A stretch of DNA of 64,000 nucleotides. Source: Eledone cirrhosa. Lineage: Eukaryota. Positions 11,601 to 25,440 of the stretch are shown here, piece by piece (the stretch's first letter is position 1; each line of letters begins with the position of its first letter). The notes beneath the pieces were generated by a model. It had not been told where the DNA came from. It searched no databases and was given only the letters and a program-made list of their open reading frames with translations. The stretch covers positions 18,848,001 to 18,912,000 of the forward strand of contig OZ024764.1 in assembly GCA_964016885.1 (NCBI GenBank). Direction: 5' to 3'. Made by a program: the position numbers and the translations under genes.

Positions 11601-14600
11601 AAAAGTACCCAATCCACACTGTAAAGAGGTCATGTTGGTGTCACAACAAAAAGTACCCAGTCCACACTGTAAAGTGGTCATGTAGGTGTCACAACAAAAA
11701 GTACCCGGTCCACCCTGTAAAGTGGTCATATAGGTGTCACAACAAAAAGTACCCAGTCCACCCTGTAAAGTGGTCATGTATGTGTCACAACAAAAAGTAC
11801 CCAGTCCACACTGTAAAGTGGTCATGTATGTGTCACAACAAAAAGTACCCAGTCCACACTTTAAAGTTGTCATGTAGGTGTCACAACAAAAAGTACCCAG
11901 TCCACACTGTAATGTGGTCATGCAGGTTTCACACCAAAAAGTACCCAGTCCACACTGTAATGTGGTCATATAGGTGTCACAACAAAAAGTACCCAGTCCA
12001 CACTGTAAAGTGGTCATGTAGGTGTCACAACAAAAAGTACCCAGTCCACACTGTCAAGTGGTCATGTAGGTGTCACAACAAAAAGTACCTAGTCCACACT
12101 GTAAAGTGGTCATGTAGCTGTCACAACAAAAAGTACCCAGTCCACACTGTAATGTGGTCATGCAGGTTTCACAACAAAAAGTACCCAGTCCACACTGTAA
12201 TGTGGTCATGTAGCTGTCACAACAAAAAGTACCCAGTCCACACTGTAATGTGGTCATGCAGGTTTCACAACAAAAAGTACCCAGTCCACACTGTAAAGTG
12301 GTCATGTAGGTGTCACAACAAAAAGTACCCAGTCCACACTGTAAAGTGGACATGTAGGTGTCATGACAAAAAGTACCCAGTCCACACTGTAAAGTGGTCA
12401 TGTAGGTGTCACAACAAAAAGTACACAGTCCACACTGTAAAGTGGTCATGTAGGTGTCACAACAAAAATACCTAGTCCACACTGTAAAGTGGTCATGTAG
12501 GTGTCACAACAAAAAGTACCCAGTCCACACTGTAAAGTGGCCATGTAGGTGTCACAACAAAATATACCCAGTCCACACTGTAAAGTGGTCATGTAGGTGT
12601 CACAACAAAAAGTACCCAGACCACACTGTAAAGTGGTCATGTAGGTGTCACAACAAAAAGTACCCAGTCCACACTGTAAAGTGGTCATGTAGGTGTCACA
12701 ACAAAAAGTACCCAGTCCACACTGTAAAGTGGTCATATACGTGTCACAACAAAAAGTACCCGGTCCACCCTGAAAATGGGTATTGTTTGTGTCACAACAA
12801 AAAGTACCCAGTCCACACTGTAAAGTGGTCATGTACGTGTCACAACAAAAAGTACCCAATCCACACTTTAAAGTGGTCATGTAGTGTCACAACAAAAAGT
12901 ACCCAGTCCACACTGTAATGTGGTCATGTAGGTGTCACAACAAAAAGTACCCAGTCCACCCTGTAAAGTGGTCATGTAGGTGTCACGACAAAAAGTACCC
13001 AGTCCACACTGTAAAGTGGTCATGTAGGTGTCATAACAAAAAGTACCCAATCCACACTGTAAAGAGGTCATGTTGGTGTCACAACAAAAAGTACCCAGTC
13101 CACACTGTAAAGTGGTCATGTAGGTGTCACAACAAAAAGTACCCAGTCCACACTGTAAAGTGGTCATGTAGGTGTCACAACAAAAAGTACCCAGTCCACA
13201 CTGTAAAGTGGTCATGTAGGTGTCACAACAAAAAGTACCCAGTCCACACTGTAAAGTGGTCATGTAGGTGTCACAACAAAATATACCCAGTCCACACTGT
13301 AAAGTGGTCATGTAGGTGTCACAACAAAAAGTACCCAGTCCACACTGTAAAGTGGTCATGTAGGTGTCACAACAAAAAGTACCCAGTCCACCCTGTAAAG
13401 TGGTCATGTATGTGTCACAACAAAAAGTACCTAGTCCACACTGTAAAGTGGTCATGTAGCTGTCACAACAAAAAGTACCCAGTCCACACTGTAATGTGGT
13501 CATGCAGGTTTCACAACAAAAAGTACCCAGTCCACACTGTAAAGTGGTCATGTAGGTGTCACAACAAAAAGTACCCAGTCCACACTGTAAAGAGGTCATG
13601 TTGGTGTCACAACAAAAAGTACCCAGTCCACACTGTAAAGTGGTCATGTAGGTGTCACAACAAAAAGTACCCAGTCCACACTGTAAAGTGGTCATGTAGG
13701 TGTCACAACAAAAAGTACCCAGTCCACACTGTAAAGTGGTCATGTAGGTGTCACAACAAAAAGTACCCAGTCCACACTGTCAAGTGGTCATGTAGGTGTC
13801 ACAACAAAAAGTACCCAATCCACACTGTAAAGTGGTCATGTAGGTGTCACAACAAAAAGTACCCAGTCCACACTGTAAAGTGGACATGTAGGTGTCATGA
13901 CAAAAAGTACCCAGTCCACACTGTAAAGTGGTCATGTAGGTGTCACAACAAAAAGTACACAGTCCACACTGTAAAGTGGTCATGTAGGTGTCACAATAAA
14001 AAGTACCTAGTCCACACTGTAAAGTGGTCATGTAGGTGTCACAACAAAAAGTACCCAGTCCACACTGTAAAGTGGCCATGTAGGTGTCACAACAAAATAT
14101 ACCCAGTCCACACTGTAAAGTGGTCAAGTAGGTGTCACAACAAAAAGTACCCAGTCCACACTGTAAAGTGGTCATGTAGGTGTCACAACAAAAAGTACCC
14201 AGTCCACACTGTAAAGTGGTCATGTATGTGTCACAACAAAAAGTACCCAATCCACACTTTAAAGTGGTCATGTAGTGTCACAACAAAAAGTACCCAGTCC
14301 ACACTGTAATGTGGTCATGTAGGTGTCACAACAAAAAGTACCCAGTCCACCCTGTAAAGTGGTCATGTAGGTGTCACGACAAAAAGTACCCAGTCCACAC
14401 TGTAAAGTGGTCATGTAGGTGTCATAACAAAAAGTACCCAATCCACACTGTAAAGAGGTCATGTTGGTGTCACAACAAAAAGTACCCAGTCCACACTGTA
14501 AAGTGGTCATGTAGGTGTCACAACAAAAAGTACCCAGTCCACACTGTAAAGTGGTCATGTAGGTGTCACAACAAAAAGTACCCAGTCCACACTGTAAAGT

Positions 14601-17600
14601 GGTCATGTAGGTGTCACAACAAAATATACCCAGTCCACACTGTAAAGTGGTCATGTAGGTGTCACAACAAAAAGTACCCAGTCCACACTGTAAAGTGGTC
14701 ATGTAGGTGTCACAACAAAAAGTACCCAGTCCACACTGTAAAGTGGTCATGTAGGTGTCACAACAAAAAGTACCCAGTCCACACTGTCAAGTGGTCATGT
14801 AGGTGTCACAACAAAAAGTACCCAATCCACACTGTAAAGTGGTCATGTAGGTGTCACAACAAAAAGTACCCAGTCCACACTGTAAAGTGGACATGTAGGT
14901 GTCATGACAAAAAGTACCCAGTCCACACTGTAAAGTGGTCATGTAGGTGTCACAACAAAAAGTACACAGTCCACACTGTAAAGTGGTCATGTAGGTGTCA
15001 CAACAAAAAGTACCTAGTCCACACTGTAAAGTGGTCATGTAGGTGTCACAACAAAAAGTACCCAGTCCACACTGTAAAGTGGCCATGTAGGTGTCACAAC
15101 AAAATATACCCAGTCCACACTGTAAAGTGGTCATGTAGGTGTCACAACAAAAAGTACCCAGTCCACACTGTAAAGTGGTCATGTAGGTGTCACAACAAAA
15201 AGTACCCAGTCCACACTGTAAAGTGGTCATGTAGGTGTCACAACAAAAAGTACCCAGTCCACCCTGTAAAGTGGTCATATAGGTGTCACAACAAAAAGTA
15301 CCCGGTCCACCCTGAAAATGGGTATTGTTTGTCTCACAACAAAAAGTACCCAGTCCACACTGTAAAGTGGTCATGTATGTGTCACAACAAAAAGTACCCA
15401 ATCCACACTTTAAAGTGGTCATGTAGTGTCACAACAAAAAGTACCCAGTCCACACTGTAAAGTGGTCATATATGTGTCACAACAAAAAGTACCCAGTCCA
15501 CCCTGTAAAGTGGTCATATATGTGTCACAACAAAAAGTACCCAGTCCACCCTGTAAAGTGGCCATGTATGTGTCACAACAAAAAGTACCCAGTCCACCCT
15601 GTAAAGTGGTCATATAGGTGTCACAACAAAAAGTACCCAGTCCACACTGTAAAGTGGTCATGTAGGTGTCACAACAAAAATACCCAGTCCACACTGTCAA
15701 GTGGTCATGTAGGTGTCACAACAAAAAGTACCCGGTCCACACTGTAAAGTGGTCATATAGGTGTCACAACAAAAATACCCAGTCCACACTGTAAAGTGGT
15801 CATGTAGGTGTCACAACAAAAAGTACCCGGTCCACACTGTAAAGTGGTCATGTAGGTGTCATAACAAAAAGTACCCAGTCCACCCTGTAAAGTGGTCATA
15901 TAGGTGTCACAACAAAAATACCCAGTCCACCCTGTAAAGTGGTCATGTATGTGTCACAACAAAAAGTACCCAGTCCACACTGTAAAGTGGTCATGTATGT
16001 GTCACAACAAAAAGTACCCAGTCCACACTGTAAAGTGGTCATGTAGGTGTCACAACAAAAAGTACACAGTCCACACTGTAATGTGGTCATGCAGGTTTCA
16101 CACCAAAAAGTACCCAGTCCACACTGTAATGTGGTCATATAGGTGTCACAACAAAAAGTACCCAGTCCACACTGTAAAGTGGTCATGTAGGTGTCACAAC
16201 AAAAAGTACCCAGTCCACACTGTCAAGTGGTCATGTAGGTGTCACAACAAAAAGTACCTAGTCCACACTGTAAAGTGGTCATGTAGCTGTCACAACAAAA
16301 AGTACCCAGTCCACACTGTAATGTGGTCATGCAGGTTTCACAACAAAAAGTACCCAGTCCACACTGTAATGTGGTCATGTAGCTGTCACAACAAAAAGTA
16401 CCCAGTCTACACTGTAATGTGGTCATGCAGGTTTCACAACAAAAAGTACCCAGTCCACACTGTAAAGTGGTCATGTAGGTGTCACAACAAAAAGTACACA
16501 GTCCACACTGTAAAGTGGTCATGTAGGTGTCACAACAAAAAGTACCTAGTCCACACTGTAAAGTGGTCATGTAGGTGTCACAACAAAAAGTACCCAGTCC
16601 ACACTGTAAAGTGGCCATGTAGGTGTCACAACAAAATATACCCAGTCCACACTGTAAAGTGGTCATGTAGGTGTCACAACAAAAAGTACCCAGTCCACAC
16701 TGTAAAGTGGTCATGTAGGTGTCACAACAAAAAGTACCCAGTCCACACTGTAAAGTGGTCATGTAGGTGTCACAACAAAAAGTACCCAGTCCACCCTGTA
16801 AAGTGGTCATATAGGTGTCACAACAAAAAGTACCCGGTCCACCCTGAAAATGGGTATTGTTTGTGTCACAACAAAAAGTACCCAGTCCACACTGTAAAGT
16901 GGTCATGTATGTGTCACAACAAAAAGTACCCAATCCACACTTTAAAGTGGTCATGTAGTGTCACAACAAAAAGTACCCAGTCCACACTGTAATGTGGTCA
17001 TGTAGGTGTCACAACAAAAAGTACCCAGTCCACCCTGTAAAGTGGTCATGTAGGTGTCACGACAAAAAGTACCCAGTCCACACTGTAAAGTGGTCATGTA
17101 GGTGTCATAACAAAAAGTACCCAATCCACACTGTAAAGAGGTCATGTTGGTGTCACAACAAAAAGTACCCAGTCCACACTGTAAAGTGGTCATGTAGGTG
17201 TCACAACAAAAAGTACCCAGTCCACACTGTAAAGTGGTCATGTAGGTGTCACAACAAAAAGTACCCAGTCCACACTGTAAAGTGGTCATGTAGGTTTCAC
17301 AACAAAAAGTACCCAGTCCACACTGTAAAGTGGTCATGTAGGTGTCACAACAAAATATACCCAGTCCACACTGTAAAGTGGTCATGTAGGTGTCACAACA
17401 AAAAGTACCCAGTCCACACTGTAAAGTGGTCATGTAGGTGTCACAACAAAAAGTACCCAATCCACACTGTAAAGTGGTCATGTAGGTGTCACAACAAAAA
17501 GTACCCAGTCCACCCTGTAAAGTGGTCATATATGTGTCACAACAAAAAGTACCCAGTCCACCCTGTAAAGTGGTCATGTATGTGTCACAACAAAAAGTAC

Positions 17601-20600
17601 CCAGTCCACACTGTAAAGTGGTCATGTATGTGTCACAACAAAAAGTACCCAGTCCACACTGTAAAGTGGTCATGTAGGTGTCACAACAAAAAGTACCCAG
17701 TCCACACTGTAAAGTGGTCATGTAGGTGTCACAACAAAAAGTACCCAGTCCACACTGTAAAGTGGTCATGTAGGTGTCACAACAAAAAGTACCCAGTCCA
17801 CCCTGTAAAGTGGTCATGTAGGTGTCACGACAAAAAGTACCCAGTCCACACTGTAAAGTGGTCATGTAGGTGTCACAACAAAAAGTACCCAATCCACACT
17901 GTAAAGAGGTCATGTTGGTGTCACAACAAAAAGTACCCAGTCCACACTGTAAAGTGGTCATGTAGGTGTCACAACAAAAAGTACCCGGTCCACCCTGTAA
18001 AGTGGTCATATAGGTGTCACAACAAAAAGTACCCAGTCCACCCTGTAAAGTGGTCATGTATGTGTCACAACAAAAAGTACCCAGTCCACACTTTAAAGTT
18101 GTCATGTAGGTGTCACAACAAAAAGTACCCAGTCCACACTGTAATGTGGTCATGCAGGTTTCACACCAAAAAGTACCCAGTCCACACTGTAATGTGGTCA
18201 TATAGGTGTCACAACAAAAAGTACCCAGTCCACATTGTTAAGTGGTCATGTAGGTGTCACAACAAAAAGTACCCAGTCCACACTGTCAAGTGGTCATGTA
18301 GGTATCACAACAAAAAGTACCTAGTCCACACTGTAAAGTGGTCATGTAGCTGTCACAACAAAAAGTACCCAGTCCACACTGTAATGTGGTCATGCAGGTT
18401 TCACAACAAAAAGTACCCAGTCCACACTGTAATGTGGTCATGTAGCTGTCACAACAAAAAGTACCCAGTCCACACTGTAATGTGGTCATGCAGGTTTCAC
18501 AACAAAAAGTACCCAGTCCACACTGTAAAGTGGTCATGTAGGTGTCACAACAAAAAGTACCCAGTCCACACTGTAAAGTGGACATGTAGGTGTCATGACA
18601 AAAAGTACCCAGTCCACACTGTAAAGTGGTCATGTAGGTGTCACAACAAAAAGTACACAGTCCACACTGTAAAGTGGTCATGTAGGTGTCACAACAAAAA
18701 GTACCTAGTCCACACTGTAAAGTGGTCATGTAGGTGTCATAACAAAAAGTACCCAGTCCACACTGTAAAGTGGCCATGTAGGTGTCACAACAAAATATAC
18801 CCAGTCCACACTGTAAAGTGGTCATGTAGGTGTCACAACAAAAAGTACCCAGACCACACTGTAAAGTGGTCATGTAGGTGTCACAACAAAAAGTACCCAG
18901 TCCACACTGTAAAGTGGTCATGTAGGTGTCACAACAAAAAGTACCCAGTCCACACTGTAAAGTGGTCATATACGTGTCACAACAAAAAGTACCCGGTCCA
19001 CCCTGAAAATGGGTATTGTTTGTGTCACAACAAAAAGTACCCAGTCCACACTGTAAAGTGGTCATGTATGTGTCACAACAAAAAGTACCCAATCCACACT
19101 TTAAAGTGGTCATGTAGTGTCACAACAAAAAGTACCCAGTCCACCCTGTAAAGTGGTCATGTAGGTGTCACGACAAAAAGTACCCAGTCCACACTGTAAA
19201 GTGGTCATGTAGGTGTCACAACAAAAAGTACCCAATCCACACTGTAAAGAGGTCATGTTGGTGTCACAACAAAAAGTACCCAGTCCACACTGTAAAGTGG
19301 TCATGTAGGTGTCACAACAAAAAGTACCCGGTCCACCCTGTAAAGTGGTCATATAGGTGTCACAACAAAAAGTACCCAGTCCCCCCTGTAAAGTGGTCAT
19401 GTATGTGTCACAACAAAAAGTACCCAGTCCACACTGTAAAGTGGTCATGTATGTGTCACAACAAAAAGTACCCAGTCCACACTTTAAAGTTGTCATGTAG
19501 GTGTCACAACAAAAAGTACCCAGTCCACACTGTAATGTGGTCATGCAGGTTTCACACCAAAAAGTACCCAGTCCACACTGTAATGTGGTCATATAGGTGT
19601 CACAACAAAAAGTACCCAGTCCACACTGTAAAGTGGTCATGTAGGTGTCACAACAAAAAGTACCCAGTCCACACTGTCAAGTGGTCATGTAGGTGTCACA
19701 ACAAAAAGTACCTAGTCCACACTGTAAAGTGGTCATGTAGCTGTCACAACAAAAAGTACCCAGTCCACACTGTAATGTGGTCATGCAGGTTTCACAACAA
19801 AAAGTACCCAGTCCACACTGTAATGTGGTCATGTAGCTGTCACAACAAAAAGTACCCAGTCCACACTGTAATGTGGTCATGCAGGTTTCACAACAAAAAG
19901 TACCCAGTCCACACTGTAAAGTGGTCATGTAGGTGTCACAACAAAAAGTACCCAGTCCACACTGTAAAGTGGACATGTAGGTGTCATGACAAAAAGTACC
20001 CAGTCCACAATGTAAAGTGGTCATGTAGGTGTCACAACAAAAAGTACACAGTCCACACTGTAAAGTGGTCATGTAGGTGTCACAACAAAAATACCTAGTC
20101 CACACTGTAAAGTGGTCATGTAGGTGTCACAACAAAAAGTACCCAGTCCACACTGTAAAGTGGCCATGTAGGTGTCACAACAAAATATACCCAGTCCACA
20201 CTGTAAAGTGGTCATGTAGGTGTCACAACAAAAAGTACCCAGACCACACTGTAAAGTGGTCATGTAGGTGTCACAACAAAAAGTACCCAGTCCACACTGT
20301 AAAGTGGTCATGTAGGTGTCACAACAAAAAGTACCCAGTCCACACTGTAAAGTGGTCATATACGTGTCACAACAAAAAGTACCCGGTCCACCCTGAAAAT
20401 GGGTATTGTTTGTGTCACAACAAAAAGTACCCAGTCCACACTGTAAAGTGGTCATGTATGTGTCACAACAAAAAGTACCCAATCCACACTTTAAAGTGGT
20501 CATGTAGTGTCACAACAAAAAGTACCCAGTCCACACTGTAATGTGGTCATGTAGGTGTCACAACAAAAAGTACCCAGTCCACCCTGTAAAGTGGTCATGT

Positions 20601-21800
20601 AGGTGTCACGACAAAAAGTACCCAGTCCACACTGTAAAGTGGTCATGTAGGTGTCATAACAAAAAGTACCCAATCCACACTGTAAAGAGGTCATGTTGGT
20701 GTCACAACAAAAAGTACCCAGTCCACACTGTAAAGTGGTCATGTAGGTGTCACAACAAAAAGTACCCAGTCCACACTGTAAAGTGGTCATGTAGGTGTCA
20801 CAACAAAAAGTACCCAGTCCACACTGTAAAGTGGTCATGTAGGTGTCACAACAAAAAGTACCCAGTCCACATTGTAAAGTGGTCATGTAGGTGTCACAAC
20901 AAAATATACCCAGTCCACACTGTAAAGTGGTCATGTAGGTGTCACAACAAAAAGTACCCAGTCCACACTGTAAAGTGGTCATGTAGGTGTCACAACAAAA
21001 AGTACCCAGTCCACCCTGTAAAGTGGTCATGTATGTGTCACAACAAAAAGTACCTAGTCCACACTGTAAAGTGGTCATGTAGCTGTCACAACAAAAAGTA
21101 CCCAGTCCACACTGTAATGTGGTCATGCAGGTTTCACAACAAAAAGTACCCAGTCCACACTGTAAAGTGGTCATGTAGGTGTCACAACAAAAAGTACCCA
21201 GTCCACACTGTAAAGAGGTCATGTTGGTGTCACAACAAAAAGTACCCAGTCCACACTGTAAAGTGGTCATGTAGGTGTCACAACAAAAAGTACCCAGTCC
21301 ACACTGTAAAGTGGTCATGTAGGTGTCACAACAAAAAGTACCCAGTCCACACTGTAAAGTGGTCATGTAGGTGTCACAACAAAAAGTACCCAGTCCACAC
21401 TGTCAAGTGGTCATGTAGGTGTCACAACAAAAAGTACCCAATCCACACTGTAAAGTGGTCATGTAGGTGTCACAACAAAAAGTACCCAGTCCACACTGTA
21501 AAGTGGACATGTAGGTGTCATGACAAAAAGTACCCAGTCCACACTGTAAAGTGGTCATGTAGGTGTCACAACAAAAAGTACACAGTCCACACTGTAAAGT
21601 GGTCATGTAGGTGTCACAATAAAAAGTACCTAGTCCACACTGTAAAGTGGTCATGTAGGTGTCACAACAAAAAGTACCCAGTCCACACTGTAAAGTGGCC
21701 ATGTAGGTGTCACAACAAAATATACCCAGTCCAAACTGTAAAGTGGTCAAGTAGGTGTCACAACAAAAAGTACCCAGTCCACACTGTAAAGTGGTCATGT
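7600..21800 (+). repeat. Large near-tandem duplication, offset about 7.6-7.8 kb (about 7600-14200 vs 15450-21800)
   Basis: Rare markers pair up: TAGGTTTCAC 9577/17296 (offset 7719), AAAAATACCTAG deletion about 12468/20091, CACAATAAAA 13997/21620 and GGTCAAGTAG 14127/21750 (all offset 7623). Confidence 0.88.
10020..12880 (+). repeat. Tandem duplication of a 30-monomer (1,439-bp) block, also related to 2423-3861
   Basis: The CTTTAAAGTTG, TTTCACACC, CCAGACC and CATATACGTG variants occur in the same order. ORF edges 10578/12017 and 10615/12054 are offset by 1,439 bp. Confidence 0.85.
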
Positions 21801-22034
21801 AGGTGTCACAACAAAAAGTACCCAGTCCACACTGTAAAGTAGTCATGTAGGTGTCACAACAAAAAGTACCCAGTCCACCCTGTAAAGTGGTCATATAGGT
21901 GTCACAACAAAAGGTACCCGGTCCACCCTGAAAATGGGTATTGTTTGTGTCACAACAAAAAGTACCCAGTCCACACTGTAAAGTGGTCATGTATGTGACA
22001 CAACAAAAAGTACCCAATCCACACTTTAAAGTGG

Positions 22035-22753
22035 TCATGTAGTGTCACAACAAAAAGTACCCAGTCCACACTGTAATGTGGTCATGTAGGTGTCACAACA
22101 AAATATACCCAGTCCACCCTGTAAAATGGTCATGTAGGTGTCACGACAAAAAGTACCCAGTCCACACTGTAAAGTGGTCATGTAGGTGTCATAACAAAAA
22201 GTACCCAATCCACACTGTAAAGAGGTCATGTTGGTGACACAACAAAAAGTACCCAGTCCACACTGTAAAGTGGTCATGTAGGTGTCACAACAAAAAGTAC
22301 CCAGTCCACACTGTAAAGTGGTCATGTAGGTGTCACAACAAAAAGTACCTAGTCCACACTGTAAAGTGGTCATGTAGGTGTCACAACAAAAAGTACCCAG
22401 TCCACACTGTAAAGTGGTCATGTAGGTGTCACAACAAAAAGTACCCAATCCACACTGTAAAGAGGTCATGTTGGTGTCACAACAAAAAGTACCCAGTCCA
22501 CACTGTAAAGTGGTCATGTAGGTGTCACAACAAAAAGTACCCAGTCCACACTGTAAAGTGGTCATGTAGGTGTCACAACAAAAAGTACCCAGTCCACCCT
22601 GTAAAGTTGTCATATAGGTGTCACAACAAAAAGTACCCGGTCCACCCTGAAAATGGGTATTGTTTGTGTCACAACAAAAAGTACCCAGTCCACACTGTAA
22701 AGTGGTCATGTATGTGTCACAACAAAAAGTACCCAATCCACACTTTAAAGTGG
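22035..22753 (+). repeat. 15-monomer (719-bp) higher-order unit; further copies at 42423-43141 and 50290-51008
   Basis: Landmark spacing is 719 bp. The copies share AAAATATACCCAGTCCACCC, TTGGTGACAC and CCTAG variants in the same order, and give matching 240-aa minus-strand translations. Confidence 0.88.
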
Positions 22754-23639
22754 TCATGTAGTGTCACAACAAAAAGTACCCAGTCCACACTGTAATGTGG
22801 TCATGTAGGTGTCACAACAAAAAGTACCCAGTCCACCCTGTAAAGCGGTCGTGTAGGTGTCACGACAAAAAGTACCCAGTCCACACTGTAAAGTGGTCAT
22901 GTAGGTGTCATAACAAAAAGTACCCAATCCACACTGTAAAGAGGTCATGTTGGTGTCACAACAAAAAGTACCCAGTCCACACTGTAAAGTGGTCATGTAG
23001 GTGTCACAACAAAAAGTACCCAGTCCACACTGTAAAGTGGTCATGTAGGTGTCACAACAAAAAGTACCCAGTCCACACTGTAAAGTGGTCATGTAGGTGT
23101 CACAACAAAAAGTACCCAGTCCACACTGTAAAGTGGTCATGTAGGTGTCACAACAAAATATACCCAGTCCACACTGTAAAGTGGTCATGTAGGTGTCACA
23201 ACAAAAAGTACCCAGTCCACACTGTAAAGTGGTCATGTAGGTGTCACAACAAAAAGTACCCAGTCCACCCTGTAAAGTGGTCATGTATGTGTCACAACAA
23301 AAAGTACCTAGTCCACACTGTAAAGTGGTCATGTAGCTGTCACAACAAAAAGTACCCAGTCCACACTGTAATGTGGTCATGCAGGTTTCACAACAAAAAG
23401 TACCCAGTCCACACTGTAAAGTGGTCATGTAGGTGTCACAACAAAAAGTACCCAGTCCACACTGTAAAGAGGTCATGTTGGTGTCACAACAAAAAGTACC
23501 CAGTCCACACTGTAAAGTGGTCATGTAGGTGTCACAACAAAAAGTACCCAGTCCACACTGTAAAGTGGTCATGTAGGTGTCACAACAAAAAGTACCCAGT
23601 CCACACTGTAAAGTGGTCATGTAGGTGTCACAACAAAAA

Positions 23640-25440
23640 GTACCCAGTCCACACTGTCAAGTGGTCATGTAGGTGTCACAACAAAAAGTACCCAATCCAC
23701 ACTGTAAAGTGGTCATGTAGGTGTCACAACAAAAAGTACCCAGTCCACACTGTAAAGTGGACATGTAGGTGTCATGACAAAAAGTACCCAGTCCACACTG
23801 TAAAGTGGTCATGTAGGTGTCACAACAAAAAGTACACAGTCCACACTGTAAAGTGGTCATGTAGGTGTCACAACAAAAAGTACCTAGTCCACACTGTAAA
23901 GTGGTCATGTAGGTGTCACAACAAAAAGTACCCAGTCCACACTGTAAAGTGGCCATGTAGGTGTCACAACAAAATATACCCAGTCCACACTGTAAAGTGG
24001 TCATGTAGGTGTCACAACAAAAAGTACCCAGTCCACACTGTAAAGTGGTCATGTAGGTGTCACAACAAAAAGTACCCAGTCCACACTGTAAAGTGGTCAT
24101 GTAGCTGTCACAACAAAAAGTACCCAGTCCACACTGTAAAGTGGTCATGTAGGTGTCACAACAAAAAGTACCCAATCCACACTGTAAAGAGGTCATGTTG
24201 GTGTCACAACAAAAAGTACCCAGTCCACACTGTAAAGTGGTCATGTAGGTGTCACAACAAAAAGTACCCAGTCCACACTGTAAAGTGGTCATGTAGGTGT
24301 CACAACAAAAAGTACCCAGTCCACCCTGTAAAGTGGTCATATAGGTGTCACAACAAAAAGTACCCGGTCCACCCTGAAAATGGGTATTGTTTGTGTCACA
24401 ACAAAAAGTACCCAGTCCACACTGTAAAGTGGTCATGTATGTGTCACAACAAAAAGTACCCAATCCACACTTTAAAGTGGTCATGTAGTGTCACAACAAA
24501 AAGTACCCAGTCCACACTGTAATGTGGTCATGTAGGTGTCACAACAAAAAGTACCCAGTCCACCCTGTCAAGTGGTCATGTAGGTGTCACAACAAAAAGT
24601 ACCCAATCCACACTGTAAAGTGGTCATGTATGTGTCACAACAAAAAGTACCCAGTCCACACTGTAAAGTGGACATGTAGGTGTCATGACAAAAAGTACCC
24701 AGTCCACACTGTAAAGTGGTCATGTAGGTGTCACAACAAAAAGTACACAGTCCACACTGTAAAGTGGTCATGTAGGTGTCACAACAAAAAGTACCTAGTC
24801 CACACTGTAAAGTGGTCATGTAGGTGTCAGAACAAAAAGTACCCAGTCCACACTGTAAAGTGGCCATGTAGGTGTCACAACAAAATATACCCAGTCCACA
24901 CTGTAAAGTGGTCATGTAGGTGTCACAACAAAAAGTACCCAGTCCACACTGTAAAGTGGTCATGTAGGTGTCACAACAAAAAGTACCCAGTCCACACTGT
25001 AAAGTGGTCATGTAGCTGTCACAACAAAAAGTACCCAGTCCACACTGTAAAGTGGTCATGTAGGTGTCACAACAAAAAGTACCCAATCCACACTGTAAAG
25101 AGGTCATGTTGGTGTCACAACAAAAAGTACCCAGTCCACACTGTAAAGTGGTCATGTAGGTGTCACAACAAAAAGTACCCAGTCCACACTGTAAAGTGGT
25201 CATGTAGGTGTCACAACAAAAAGTACCCAGTCCACCCTGTAAAGTGGTCATATAGGTGTCACAACAAAAAGTACCCGGTCCACCCTGAAAATGGGTATTG
25301 TTTGTGTCACAACAAAAAGTACCCAGTCCACACTGTAAAGTGGTCATGTATGTGTCACAACAAAAAGTACCCAATCCACACTTTAAAGTGGTCATGTAGT
25401 GTCACAACAAAAAGTACCCAGTCCACACTGTAATGTGGTC
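23640..25440 (+). repeat. Tandem duplication of 19 monomers (911 bp)
   Basis: ORF edges 23657/24568 and 24484/25395 are offset by 911 bp, with the same variant order. Confidence 0.87.
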
